In this document: positions 1 to 10,678 of the stretch, piece after piece | Layout of the letters: every line of letters starts with the position of its first letter | Numbering within the stretch: position 1 is the stretch's first letter | From: Auanema rhodensis | Lineage: Eukaryota; Animalia; Nematoda | Direction: 5' to 3' | Assembly: GCA_964057225.1 (NCBI GenBank) | Contig: OZ059899.1 | Coordinates: 4,030,001-4,094,000 of the forward strand | Length of the DNA stretch: 64,000 bases | The notes under the pieces: generated by a model | The model's database searches: none | What the model was told of the DNA's origin: nothing | What the model saw: the letters and a program-made list of their open reading frames with translations, nothing else | Program-made: the position numbers and the translations under genes

Positions 1-3000
1 AATTTTTTCGTTGAATAACATTGTCCATCGTCTTTGCCTTGAAAAAAGGAATCTAAAAACATCTACTTTTTGCTAAATTATTCCGAAATTTCTCGAAAAA
101 ATTTTTGTCAAAATGTTTTTGGAAGCAATGTTGAGTGTACATGGAAACTCAACATACACTAATGCATCATTTTTCAAACGATCATAACTAATTTTTGTAT
201 TAAGCGTTTCTCAATGTAGTATAGTGCATTCGATGCGGATTTTTAAGCTGCGTCGATCTGTGTTATCAGATTTGCGCTAGCTTAAAAATGCACCGAGATA
301 TCAACTGATATAAGTTTACACTTATATCCTCGATTTTCACCCTGAAGAATTAATTTTTTCGTTGAATAGCATTGTCCATCGTCTTTGCCTTGAAAAAAGG
401 AATCTAAAAACATCTACTTTTTGCTAAATTATTTTAAAATTTTTCGAAAAAATTTTTGTCAAAATGTTTTTGGAAGCAATGTTGAGTGTACATGGAAACT
501 CAACATACACTAATGCATCATTTTTCAAACGATCATAACTAATTTTTGTATTAAGCGTTTCTCAATGTAGTATAGTGCATTCGATGCGGATTTTTAAGCT
601 GCGTCGATCTGTGTTATCAGATTTGCGCTAGCTTAAAAATGCACCGAGATATCAACTGATATAAGTTCACACTTATATCCTCGATTTTCACCCTGAAGAA
701 TTGATTTTTTCGTTGAATAACATTGTCCATCGTCTTTGCCTTGAAAAATGGAATCTAAAAACATCTACTTTTTGCTAAATTATTTTGAAATTTTTCGAAA
801 AAAGTTTTGTCAAAATGTTTTTGGAAGCAATGTTGAGTGTACATGGAAACTCAACATACACTAATGCATCATTTTTCAAACGATCATAACTAATTTTTGT
901 ATTAAGCGTTTCTCAATGTAGTATAGTGCATTCGATGCGGATTTTTAAGCTGCGTCGTTCTGTGTTATTAGATTTGCGCTAGCTTAAAAATGCAACGAGA
1001 TATCAACTGATATAAGTTCACACTTATATCCTCGATTTTCACCCTGAAGAATTAATTTTTTCGTTGAATAACATTGTCCATCGTCTTTGCCTTGAAAAAA
1101 GGAATCTAAAAACATCTACTTTTTGCTAAATTATTCCGAAATTTCTCGAAAAAATTTTTGTCAAAATGTTTTTGGAAGCAATGTTGAGTGTACATGGAAA
1201 CTCAACATACACTAATGCATCATTTTTCAAACGATCATAACTAATTTTTGTATTAAGCGTTTCTCAATGTAGTATAGTGCATTCGATGCGGATTTTTAAG
1301 CTGCGTCGATCTGTGTTATCAGATTTGCGCTAGCTTAAAAATGCACCGAGATATCAACTGATATAAGTTCACACTTATATCCTCGATTTTCACCCTGAAG
1401 AATTGATTTTTTCGTTGAATAACATTGTCCATCGTCTTTGCCTTGAAAAATGGAATCTAAAAACATCTACTTTTTGCTAAATTATTTTGAAATTTTTCGA
1501 AAAAATTTTTGTCAAAATGTTTTTGGAAGCAATGTTGAGTGTACATGGAAACTCAACATACACTAATGCATCATTTTTCAAACGATCATAACTAATTTTT
1601 GTATTAAGCATTTCTCAATGTAGTATAGTGCATTCGATGCGGATTTTTAAGCTGCGTCGATCTATGTTATCAGATTTGCGCTAGCTTAAAAATGCACCAA
1701 GATATCAACTGATATAAGTTCACACTTATATCCTCGATTTTCACCCTGAAGAATTAATTTTTTCGTTGAATAACATTGTCCATCGTCTTTGCCTTGAAAA
1801 AAGGAATCTAAAAACATCTACTTTTTGCTAAATTATTCCGAAATTTCTCGAAAAAATTTTTGTCAAAATGTTTTTGGAAGCAATGTTGAGTGTACATGGA
1901 AACTCAACATACACTAATGCATCATTTTTCAAACGATCATAACTAATTTTTGTATTAAGCGTTTCTCAATGTAGTATAGTGCATTCGATGCGGATTTTTA
2001 AGCTGCGTCGATCTGTGTTATCAGATTTGCGCTAGCTTAAAAATGCACCGAGATATCAACTGATATAAGTTCACACTTATATCCTCGATTTTCACCCTGA
2101 AGAATTGATTTTTTCGTTGAATAACATTGTCCATCGTCTTTGCCTTGAAAAATGGAATCTAAAAACATCTACTTTTTGCTAAATTATTTTGAAATTTTTC
2201 GAAAAAAGTTTTGTCAAAATGTTTTTGGAAGCAATGTTGAGTGTACATGGAAACTCAACATACACTAATGCATCATTTTTCAAACGATCATAACTAATTT
2301 TTGTATTAAGCGTTTCTCAATGTAGTATAGTGCATTCGATGCGGATTTTTAAGCTGCGTCGTTCTGTAATATCAGATTTGCGCTAGCTTAAAAATGCAAC
2401 GAGATATCAACTGATATAAGTTCACACTTATATCCTCGATTTTCACCCTGAAGAATTAATTTTTTCGTTGAATAACATTGTCCATCGTCTTTGCCTTGAA
2501 AAAAGGAATCTAAAAACATCTACTTTTTGCTAAATTATTTCGAAATTTCTCGAAAAAATTTTTGTCAAAATGTTTTTGGAAGCAATGTTGAGTGTACATG
2601 GAAACTCAACATACACTAATGCATCATTTTTCAAACGATCATAACTAATTTTTGTATTAAGCGTTTCTCAATGTAGTATAGTGCATTCGATGCGGATTTT
2701 TAAGCTGCGTCGATCTGTGTTATCAGATTTGCGCTAGCTTAAAAATGCACCGAGATATCAACTGATATAAGTTCACACTTATATCCTCGATTTTCACCCT
2801 GAAGAATTGATTTTTTCGTTGAATAACATTGTCCATCGTCTTTGCCTTGAAAAATGGAATCTAAAAACATCTACTTTTTGCTAAATTATTTTGAAATTTT
2901 TCGAAAAAAGTTTTGTCAAAATGTTTTTGGAAGCAATGTTGAGTGTACATGGAAACTCAACATACACTAATGCATCATTTTTCAAACGATCATAACTAAT

Positions 3001-5930
3001 TTTTGTATTAAGCGTTTCTCAATGTAGTATAGTGCATTCGATGCGGATTTTTAAGCTGCGTCGATCTGTGTTATCAGATTTGCGCTAGCTTAAAAATGCA
3101 CCGAGATATCAACTGATATAAGTTCACACTTATATCCTCGATTTTCACCCTGAAGAATTGATTTTTTCGTTGAATAACATTGTCCATCGTCTTTGCCTTG
3201 AAAAATGGAATCTAAAAACATCTACTTTTTGCTAAATTATTTTGAAATTTTTCGAAAAAAGTTTTGTCAAAATGTTTTTGGAAGCAATGTTGAGTGTACA
3301 TGGAAACTCAACATACACTAATGCATCATTTTTCAAACGATCATAACTAATTTTTGTATTAAGCGTTTCTCAATGTAGTATAGTGCATTCGATGCGGATT
3401 TTTAAGCTGCGTCGTTCTGTGTTATCAGATTTGCGCTAGCTTAAAAATGCAACGAGATATCAACTGATATAAGTTCACACTTATATCCTCGATTTTCACC
3501 CTGAAGAATTAATTTTTTCGTTGAATAACATTGTCCATCGTCTTTGCCTTGAAAAAAGGAATCTAAAAACATCTACTTTTTGCTAAATTATTTCGAAATT
3601 TCTCGAAAAAATTTTTGTCAAAATGTTTTTGGAAGCAATGTTGAGTGTACATGGAAACTCAACATACACTAATGCATCATTTTTCAAACGATCATAACTA
3701 ATTTTTGTATTAAGCGTTTCTCAATGTAGTATAGTGCATTCGATGCGGATTTTTAAGCTGCGTCGATCTGTGTTATCAGATTTGCGCTAGCTTAAAAATG
3801 CACCGAGATATCAACTGATATAAGTTCACACTTATATCCTCGATTTTCACCCTGAAGAATTGATTTTTTCGTTGAATAACATTGTCCATCGTCTTTGCCT
3901 TGAAAAATGGAATCTAAAAACATCTACTTTTTGCTAAATTATTTTGAAATTTTTCGAAAAAAGTTTTGTCAAAATGTTTTTGGAAGCAATGTTGAGTGTA
4001 CATGGAAACTCAACATACACTAATGCATCATTTTTCAAACGATCATAACTAATTTTTGTATTAAGCGTTTCTCAATGTAGTATAGTGCATTCGATGCGGA
4101 TTTTTAAGCTGCGTCGATCTGTGTTATCAGATTTGCGCTAGCTTAAAAATGCACCGAGATATCAACTGATATAAGTTCACACTTATATCCTCGATTTTCA
4201 CCCTGAAGCATTGATTTTTTCGTTGAATAACATTGTCCATCGTCTTTGCCTTGAAAAATGGAATCTAAAAACATCTACTTTTTGCTAAATTATTTTGAAA
4301 TTTTTCGAAAAAAGTTTTGTCAAAATGTTTTTGGAAGCAATGTTGAGTGTACATGGAAACTCAACATACACTAATGCATCATTTTTCAAACGATCATAAC
4401 TAATTTTTGTATTAAGCGTTTCTCAATGTAGTATAGTGCATTCGATGCGGATTTTTAAGCTGCGTCGATCTGTGTTATCAGATTTGCGCTAGCTTAAAAA
4501 TGCACCGAGATATCAACTGATATAAGTTCACACTTATATCCTCGATTTTCACCCTGAAGAATTGATTTTTTCGTTGAATAACATTGTCCATCGTCTTTGC
4601 CTTGAAAAATGGAATCTAAAAACATCTACTTTTTGCTAAATTATTTTGAAATTTTTCGAAAAAAGTTTTGTCAAAATGTTTTTGGAAGCAATGTTGAGTG
4701 TACATGGAAACTCAACATACACTAATGCATCATTTTTCAAACGATCATAACTAATTTTTGTATTAAGCGTTTCTCAATGTAGTATAGTGCATTCGATGCG
4801 GATTTTTAAGCTGCGTCGATCTGTGTTATCAGATTTGCGCTAGCTTAAAAATGCACCGAGATATCAACTGATATAAGTTCACACTTATATCCTCGATTTT
4901 CACCCTGAAGCATTGATTTTTTCGTTGAATAACATTGTCCATCGTCTTTGCCTTGAAAAATGGAATCTAAAAACATCTACTTTTTGCTAAATTATTTTGA
5001 AATTTTTCGAAAAAAGTTTTGTCAAAATGTTTTTGGAAGCAATGTTGAGTGTACATGGAAACTCAACATACACTAATGCATCATTTTTCAAACGATCATA
5101 ACTAATTTTTGTATTAAGCGTTTCTCAATGTAGTATAGTGCATTCGATGCGGATTTTTAAGCTGCGTCGATCTGTGTTATCAGATTTGCGCTAGCTTAAA
5201 AATGCACCGAGATATCAACTGATATAAGTTCACACTTATATCCTCGATTTTCACCCTGAAGAATTAATTTTTTCGTTGAATAACATTGTCCATCGTCTTT
5301 GCCTTGAAAAAAGGAATCTAAAAACATCTACTTTTTGCTAAATTATTTTGAAATTTTTCGAAAAAAGTTTTGTCAAAATGTTTTTGGAAGCAATGTTGAG
5401 TGTACATGGAAACTCAACATACACTAATGCATCATTTTTCAAACGATCATAACTAATTTTTGTATTAAGCGTTTCTCAATGTAGTATAGTGCATTCGATG
5501 CGGATTTTTAAGCTGCGTCGTTCTGTGTTATCAGATTTGCGCTAGCTTAAAAATGCACCGAGATATGAACTGATATAAGTTCACACTTATATCCTCGATT
5601 TTCACCCTGAAGAATTAATTTTTTCGTTGAATAACATTGTCCATCGTCTTTGCCTTGAAAAAAGGAATCTAAAAACATCTACTTTTTGCTAAATTATTTT
5701 GAAATTTTTCGAAAAAAGTTTTGTCAAAATGTTTTTGGAAGCAATGTTGAGTGTACATGGAAACTCAACATACACTAATGCATCATTTTTCAAACGATCA
5801 TAACTAATTTTTGTATTAAGCGTTTCTCAATGTAGTATAGTGCATTCGATGCGGATTTTTAAGCTGCGTCGTTCTGTGTTATCAGATTTGCGCTAGCTTA
5901 AAAATGCAACGAGATATCAACTGATATAAG
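1..5930. repeat. 351-bp tandem satellite array, left arm (16 full monomers plus the interrupted 17th)
   Basis: The motif [a/g]attttttcgttgaata recurs at 1, 352, 703, 1054 and onward with an exact 351-bp period. Monomers differ by only a few substitutions. The array runs off the left edge of the window. Confidence 0.99.
5927..5930. other. Target-site duplication, left copy (TAAG)
   Basis: The empty satellite site reads gatataagttcac. The left junction is gatataag|agtc and the right junction is gaca|taagttcac. Confidence 0.85.
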
Positions 5931-6410
5931 AGTCAAAAGACTGTATAATAAAAAAGGAAAAAAAATAAAAAAATAAAAGAATTTATTAAAAAATTAGAAA
6001 AATAAAAGACAGACTTAAACTGATTAAAATATATCACAATTATCTTATATCAACAATTTTAGGTAAACAATTGATCTTATCACTAATCTTAGATGTGCAT
6101 GCTTGATAATCTGATTACGGTAGTTGATCTTGGCAACATGCCCAAAGTTGTAACTTTGTTAGAACTTGTCTAAATGAAATAAGAATGATATATTCGTGCT
6201 TGTCGTTGCAAGACGAATTCAACTGTACTATATTCATGTAGTTAACTATATGTAGTTAAGTATGTGATTTTATATGATATAGGTTTTATCAATGTTTTAC
6301 ATACTTCTCAAGATAATATAATGTTTAACGTACTCAACAGAGTGTTTGTGGATAACTATACGTTATATACCACATGAAACATAGGTGGGTAACTATAGCC
6401 AACTGCGACA
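5931..6410 (-). repeat. 3' LTR (480 bp)
   Basis: Direct repeat of 10694-11173, preceded on the minus strand by the purine tract AGGACGGGGA. Confidence 0.96.
5982..5987 (-). terminator. Candidate polyadenylation signal AATAAA in the 3' LTR
   Basis: Minus-strand AATAAA about 50 nt from the LTR end, followed by a long T-rich tract. The 5' LTR copy is at 10745-10750. Confidence 0.55.
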
Positions 6411-6420
6411 TCCCCGTCCT
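6411..6420 (-). promoter_or_regulatory. Polypurine tract (plus-strand primer)
   Basis: Minus strand AGGACGGGGA (9 of 10 purines) abuts the TGT start of the 3' LTR. Confidence 0.85.
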
Positions 6421-6521
6421 ACAAAAAATTCTCGTCCTCGAGAAATAAATTCTCTTTATTAACGTAATAGACATATAAAACAAGACATAGCAACCTTGTA
6501 CAAGAAAAAAATTAACATCAA

Positions 6522-9500
6522 TCAATGTTTATGAAAGGGTGTGTGGCGGGATTTGAAAGAAACATTTTGTTTCACGTGGTGTAATTGATTATTTGCGCGC
6601 TTTGGAACATTTTGAGCGCTAGTGCGTTTTTTGCGATCCACCCTGTTAAACATAGTGGCCATACCAAGCCCTAAAAGGTTTTTCTTGAGCATAGTTGTAT
6701 AATTTTTCAAATCATCAACTCTTATACGGTCAGTTGATTTATTATAAGGTAATGGGCCACCCGAATGCCAAAAATGAGTAATTAAAGGTAAATCGTTTTT
6801 ACGACAACCAACATACTGAACGAAACAAGACTCATTAAGAGAATGTAACTGGAATTTCAAAAGCTCCGTTTCTTTTTCCCACACTTCCATTGAGTCAAAA
6901 AATTTATGATCGTCGTAGCGACATAAAGGACTCAGTAATACTATATGCGCTTGCAACACTACCCCCAAACGTGACAAAATTCTCAAAATTTCTTGAATTT
7001 CGGAAGTATTTGTAATCATTGGTAGTGTTACAAAAGCATATTTCAAATTTACTTTGTTCAGTAAATATCGTGGGATATCTTCTTTCATTGAAGAATATTC
7101 AACTGAACGACCATAAGGAAATTCAAATTCTGTTAACCCGCTATAGTTTTTAGGGTAGAAGAAAATATCTTCTTTAACTCTCTTTTCTTCCCGAGAAATT
7201 TTTCCTAACGATAAAAGAAAAGCTTTTGAGGCGTTGTCTTCTGACATTCCGAAAAGGGCGCATTCTGTGAATGTTAGATGATAATTCTCTAACAATGGAT
7301 AATCTATTTTAGCGTGTAAACAATTTTTCCGTTGAATACAAAATGCTTCAGCCATGCTTGTTGCTTGCGGCATGACTTGCATACGATTAATAACATTGAG
7401 TTTTTGATCAATCCATATTTTTGGATTCTCTAAAACTTCGATAAACTGGGCCAGACGATATGTATTTGAAATTTGTAGTCCTTTGAGTGGTATCGGACAT
7501 TTCTCTCCAAAAATGGAGCCATAAGTTGCTGTTTTCCAACTGCACTGTTCTTCATATCCGTCGTTTCTTTGTATTTTTCCCGAACATTTATACAAAGGGT
7601 GGCAGGCTTGATCAGGAGTTATGATCAGGTTTCTGAAACAAATACGATTACACTTTTTTTTTCTGTTACGTTTTGTTTCAGCAGTTACTACTCCCAAATT
7701 ATCAGGGATTTTATGTAGTAGATCTGTTTGAACTTTTAGAGGTTCATTATTTTCCTCTAGTTCATTAATAAATGCAGAAGTGTTATATTTTGATATCACT
7801 CTGTACGGTCCTCGAAAATCGAAAGCTTGTTTCTTATTCGGATCACCTCTTTTTTCAAAAGGTGTTTTAATGAAAACTCGATCACTTATTTTTGGTGAAT
7901 CGGATTTTTTCTCACTCTTTTTATCAGAGTATGATTTAAACCTTTTTTTGGTTTTATCATTCCTATTTTTATTTTCTATTGAAACAATAGGAAGAGCCAT
8001 AGCACTATTGCTAGGTTCATTCAATCTCTTGTTTAGAAGATTTTTGAAAACCTTCTTAAATCCGTTCCTGACTCTAATAGGAACAGGTCGAACTTTCAAT
8101 CTGATTGGTTTTGTGACCATATCAGTATGTGTTAGGTCGGCTTCATTTAGAGCAACCTGCACATTATTTTTAACTAACCCCAAATTGGGAGCTTTAAACT
8201 TTTGACTCTCAAAAGTTCGTTTATCCAATCGGTAAGAGTCCTGATGCTGTATTTCGCATTCGTGTTCAGGTTTTTCTCTCAAACTGATCTTTTTTATCGC
8301 TGGATTTGGCTCTATTGTTTCAAAACCAAATCTCCAGTGACCTATAAATTCTCCTGCCTTAATCATCACAGGGTTGTCCGTGTTATTATGTAAATTCACG
8401 GTTGATATATTATCTTTGATGGGATATATTCCCGAAACTGCAACAGCAGTTAGAGCGTTAAAAAACATTTCTCTTTTTATTGAAATCGCGTCACAAGAAA
8501 CTAACACTTGATTTTGCGAAAAAGGAGGTAAATACACTCTTTTTAGAGTCATTGCTTTAGTTTTATTGAACTTTAAGCATATGTCTAAAGAATTCAAACA
8601 ATTTGTACCCAATATCATTTGATTTTCTTTGTTTTTGCTGACTAAAAAGTCAACAATTGCCTCTTTGTGGTTTTCATCACACAAAACAGACATTCGCACG
8701 GCGCCAACAAAATGCATTTGATCACCTGATGCGTTAACTATGAACTTTTTATTAGTCCATGGTAATTCCACTATTCTTTCATCTGCGTTGATTTTTTTTT
8801 GTTTCAACGAATCGATTACTCGAACTAGCAATGATGAACTGATGACCGAAATTTGCGATCCAGTATCTAGTAATGCATCATGCATATGGACTTGACATAA
8901 AGTCATTCTCCCTAATGCTGGTTTACCAAACAATGGGGGGTTTCTCAAATCACTTGAAGTGATTTGGATTGCTCGATTCCAACTCTCAGCTTTTCTGTTA
9001 ATGCTGGGTGGTTCTCGAGGAGTATTAAGTCTACTTTCATTCTCTATTCTCTCATTTTGTCTTTTAAAACATACGTTTGCAGTATGTCCTTTTTTATTAC
9101 AGTTCACACAAATAATTTCATTATTATTAGTGTTTCTCACTCTTCTCTCATCGGAGATATGTGGATATTGTTTCCGGCTCAAGTTTTGTTTCTGCTCGGA
9201 TTCATTGGATTGATTGATTGAACGAGTTAACTTATTTCGTTCACATCTGAGGGCGATTTGTTTTACTTTTTCGTAAATTTCTTCGTCCTCCTCATCCTCT
9301 ATTTTTTCAAGGATGGAAACTCCACAAGAACAATTACAAAGTTCTTGGTACAGTTTATTTGCTCTTTCGAACGATAATAAACCAGGAATTAAATCTGGAT
9401 TAGCCAGTTGAGTCAGTTTTTCTAACTCATCGCAGTAATTTACTAACGACTGGGATCTATTCCATTTCAAACTTTTCAAGTTTTCAGTAGCCTGCATTCT

Positions 9501-10280
9501 TCCCTGTCTTTGTGAAACGGTTGACTCTCTACGTAAACTGTTCACTATGACATCTAAGGAACTTTGCTTTATGGCTTCAGGTAACTCTCTATAGCGATTT
9601 CTGATCTCGCCTTGGAGTTTATTGATGAATAAAAGTTTTTTTTCACGTTGAGAAAAAACATCATCTGGGTATTTATAGTTAAATCGTTCTGTGAAATCAA
9701 CGAATTCACTATACGATCCACCCTTATAAGCCTCAACCTCAGGTAGTAACTGGGTTTTCATGAGTTTTGCAATATCGTAAAAGGACTTACCCTGATAACT
9801 GCACTCCTGGCTGTAAAGTTTGTTCTTTCTTGCTGAGCTCTTCAGCTGTAAAGAAGAAAAGGATTTATTCAGTTTAGAATTTACTAACGAACCTTTTTCA
9901 CTATCTGTAATTGACAGATTCATAAATTTTTCATCGGTTACTTGTTCAACCTGTAAAAAATCATGTTTAATATTATGATTAATCAAATTTTCAATTTTAA
10001 TCAAAACATTATCATTGTTAGAATCACAGATGTTGTGGATCTGATTTAACAAATCAATCTCTTTTTGAAAATTTTTTATTTCAGAACTAGAGATTTTTAA
10101 ATTCTTAGCTATTTTAGCTAGATTTTTCTCGGCTTCGACTCTTGGTCTACAACCGGTTTTAGTATGATTTAAAATCAAACTTTGAGCAAAAGATAAAATG
10201 TTATCTATATTACTCTCAAATTTATCAAAATTAAAAGGTAGTCTTACCTCGTTCATTTCGATATCCAGTTCCTCACTCAT
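6522..10280 (-). CDS. Gag-protease polyprotein with internally deleted Pol (RT N-terminal remnant fused to the integrase C-terminal GPY/F region) and a C-terminal extension, 1252 aa
   Basis: Capsid-like segment LPEVEAYKGGSYSEFVDFTERFNYKY. Zinc knuckle CVNCNKKGHTANVC (9069-9110). Aspartic protease LLDTGSQISVI (DTG at 8859-8867) plus ILGTNCL. RT-start remnant PIRLKVRPVP...EPSNSAMALPIV (about 7968-8114). IN C-terminal ISDRVF...FRGPYRV (GPY at 7803-7811). No YxDD, RNase H, HHCC or DDE region is visible. Confidence 0.92.
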   Translation of the reverse strand: MSEELDIEMNEVRLPFNFDKFESNIDNILSFAQSLILNHTKTGCRPRVEAEKNLAKIAKNLKISSSEIKNFQKEIDLLNQIHNICDSNNDNVLIKIENLINHNIKHDFLQVEQVTDEKFMNLSITDSEKGSLVNSKLNKSFSSLQLKSSARKNKLYSQECSYQGKSFYDIAKLMKTQLLPEVEAYKGGSYSEFVDFTERFNYKYPDDVFSQREKKLLFINKLQGEIRNRYRELPEAIKQSSLDVIVNSLRRESTVSQRQGRMQATENLKSLKWNRSQSLVNYCDELEKLTQLANPDLIPGLLSFERANKLYQELCNCSCGVSILEKIEDEEDEEIYEKVKQIALRCERNKLTRSINQSNESEQKQNLSRKQYPHISDERRVRNTNNNEIICVNCNKKGHTANVCFKRQNERIENESRLNTPREPPSINRKAESWNRAIQITSSDLRNPPLFGKPALGRMTLCQVHMHDALLDTGSQISVISSSLLVRVIDSLKQKKINADERIVELPWTNKKFIVNASGDQMHFVGAVRMSVLCDENHKEAIVDFLVSKNKENQMILGTNCLNSLDICLKFNKTKAMTLKRVYLPPFSQNQVLVSCDAISIKREMFFNALTAVAVSGIYPIKDNISTVNLHNNTDNPVMIKAGEFIGHWRFGFETIEPNPAIKKISLREKPEHECEIQHQDSYRLDKRTFESQKFKAPNLGLVKNNVQVALNEADLTHTDMVTKPIRLKVRPVPIRVRNGFKKVFKNLLNKRLNEPSNSAMALPIVSIENKNRNDKTKKRFKSYSDKKSEKKSDSPKISDRVFIKTPFEKRGDPNKKQAFDFRGPYRVISKYNTSAFINELEENNEPLKVQTDLLHKIPDNLGVVTAETKRNRKKKCNRICFRNLIITPDQACHPLYKCSGKIQRNDGYEEQCSWKTATYGSIFGEKCPIPLKGLQISNTYRLAQFIEVLENPKIWIDQKLNVINRMQVMPQATSMAEAFCIQRKNCLHAKIDYPLLENYHLTFTECALFGMSEDNASKAFLLSLGKISREEKRVKEDIFFYPKNYSGLTEFEFPYGRSVEYSSMKEDIPRYLLNKVNLKYAFVTLPMITNTSEIQEILRILSRLGVVLQAHIVLLSPLCRYDDHKFFDSMEVWEKETELLKFQLHSLNESCFVQYVGCRKNDLPLITHFWHSGGPLPYNKSTDRIRVDDLKNYTTMLKKNLLGLGMATMFNRVDRKKRTSAQNVPKRANNQLHHVKQNVSFKSRHTPFHKH

Positions 10281-10311
10281 GATGGAGATATAGGCAATGA
10301 CTGTTTGTCAA

Positions 10312-10323
10312 CTGGAAATAAAA
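10312..10323 (-). promoter_or_regulatory. Candidate 3' splice or trans-splice acceptor upstream of the gag ATG
   Basis: Minus strand TTTTATTTCCAG ends 31 nt before the ATG at 10280 and resembles the nematode TTTTCAG/TTTCCAG acceptor consensus. Confidence 0.4.
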
Positions 10324-10649
10324 TTATTAGTTTTCTATACGAAAAAATAATTTAAAATATTGTCAAAAAAATTCTATACGAACAATGACAAAAAATTTTG
10401 ATTTCTTCTCGAAATCAAAAGTGAAAGTTTCAACTCTCTCAAGTTTCTCCGAAAAAAAAATTCTGTTAACACCTAATCAGTGTTTAGCAAAATTTTTTTT
10501 TTTCCTCTTTTTTTTTTTTTCACAAAAAATTTTATGAAAAAAAAAAAATTCAGAAAAAATCGGAAAAACCCTATACGGGAGAGTTGTGACTAAATCACCA
10601 AGAGCTATACGCTCAAAAATAGGTTAAGAAACTATACGTTTCCCTATTT
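10321..10649 (-). promoter_or_regulatory. 5' leader cluster of five stem-loops sharing a C-GUAUA-G loop (candidate packaging or protein-binding signal)
   Basis: Plus-strand CTATACG at 10335, 10374, 10571, 10605 and 10632, each flanked by a different self-complementary stem. Confidence 0.7.
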
Positions 10650-10678
10650 AACAAAAAAACAATCAATCGAGCAGAGAA

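Noticed and set aside
1600-1700. Linked CG-to-CA variants (agcgttt/agcattt, caccgag/caccaag) as a signature of CpG methylation
   Set aside because: Only a few ancestral events are involved, amplified by duplication. Many other CpGs in the monomer are essentially invariant.
1-5930. CRISPR array or tandem RNA-gene cluster (5S, SL, tRNA) as an explanation of the repeat
   Set aside because: There are no unique spacers because the whole 351 bp repeats. I recognise no 5S rRNA, SL1 leader or tRNA cloverleaf in the monomer.
6334-6525. 63-aa hydrophobic ORF overlapping the polyprotein stop, considered as a possible env or small membrane protein
   Set aside because: It is short, runs across the PPT into the LTR and has no recognisable motif. 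It is expected by chance in T-rich sequence.
8335-8555. Post-protease segment (RVYLPPFSQ...NNTDNPVMIKAGEFIG) resembling a dUTPase-like fold
   Set aside because: The catalytic dUTPase motifs are not visible, and similar spacers are common between PR and RT in Gypsy elements. It is not called as an enzyme.
7780-9221. Plus-strand ORFs of 141, 63, 84 and 85 aa
   Set aside because: They are antisense shadows of the Lys/Asn/Glu-rich polyprotein, and their Phe/Leu richness follows from the A-rich sense codons.
6522-10280. Domesticated host gag-like gene
   Set aside because: Intact identical LTRs, PBS, PPT and TSD show this is a recently inserted mobile copy, not a fixed host gene.
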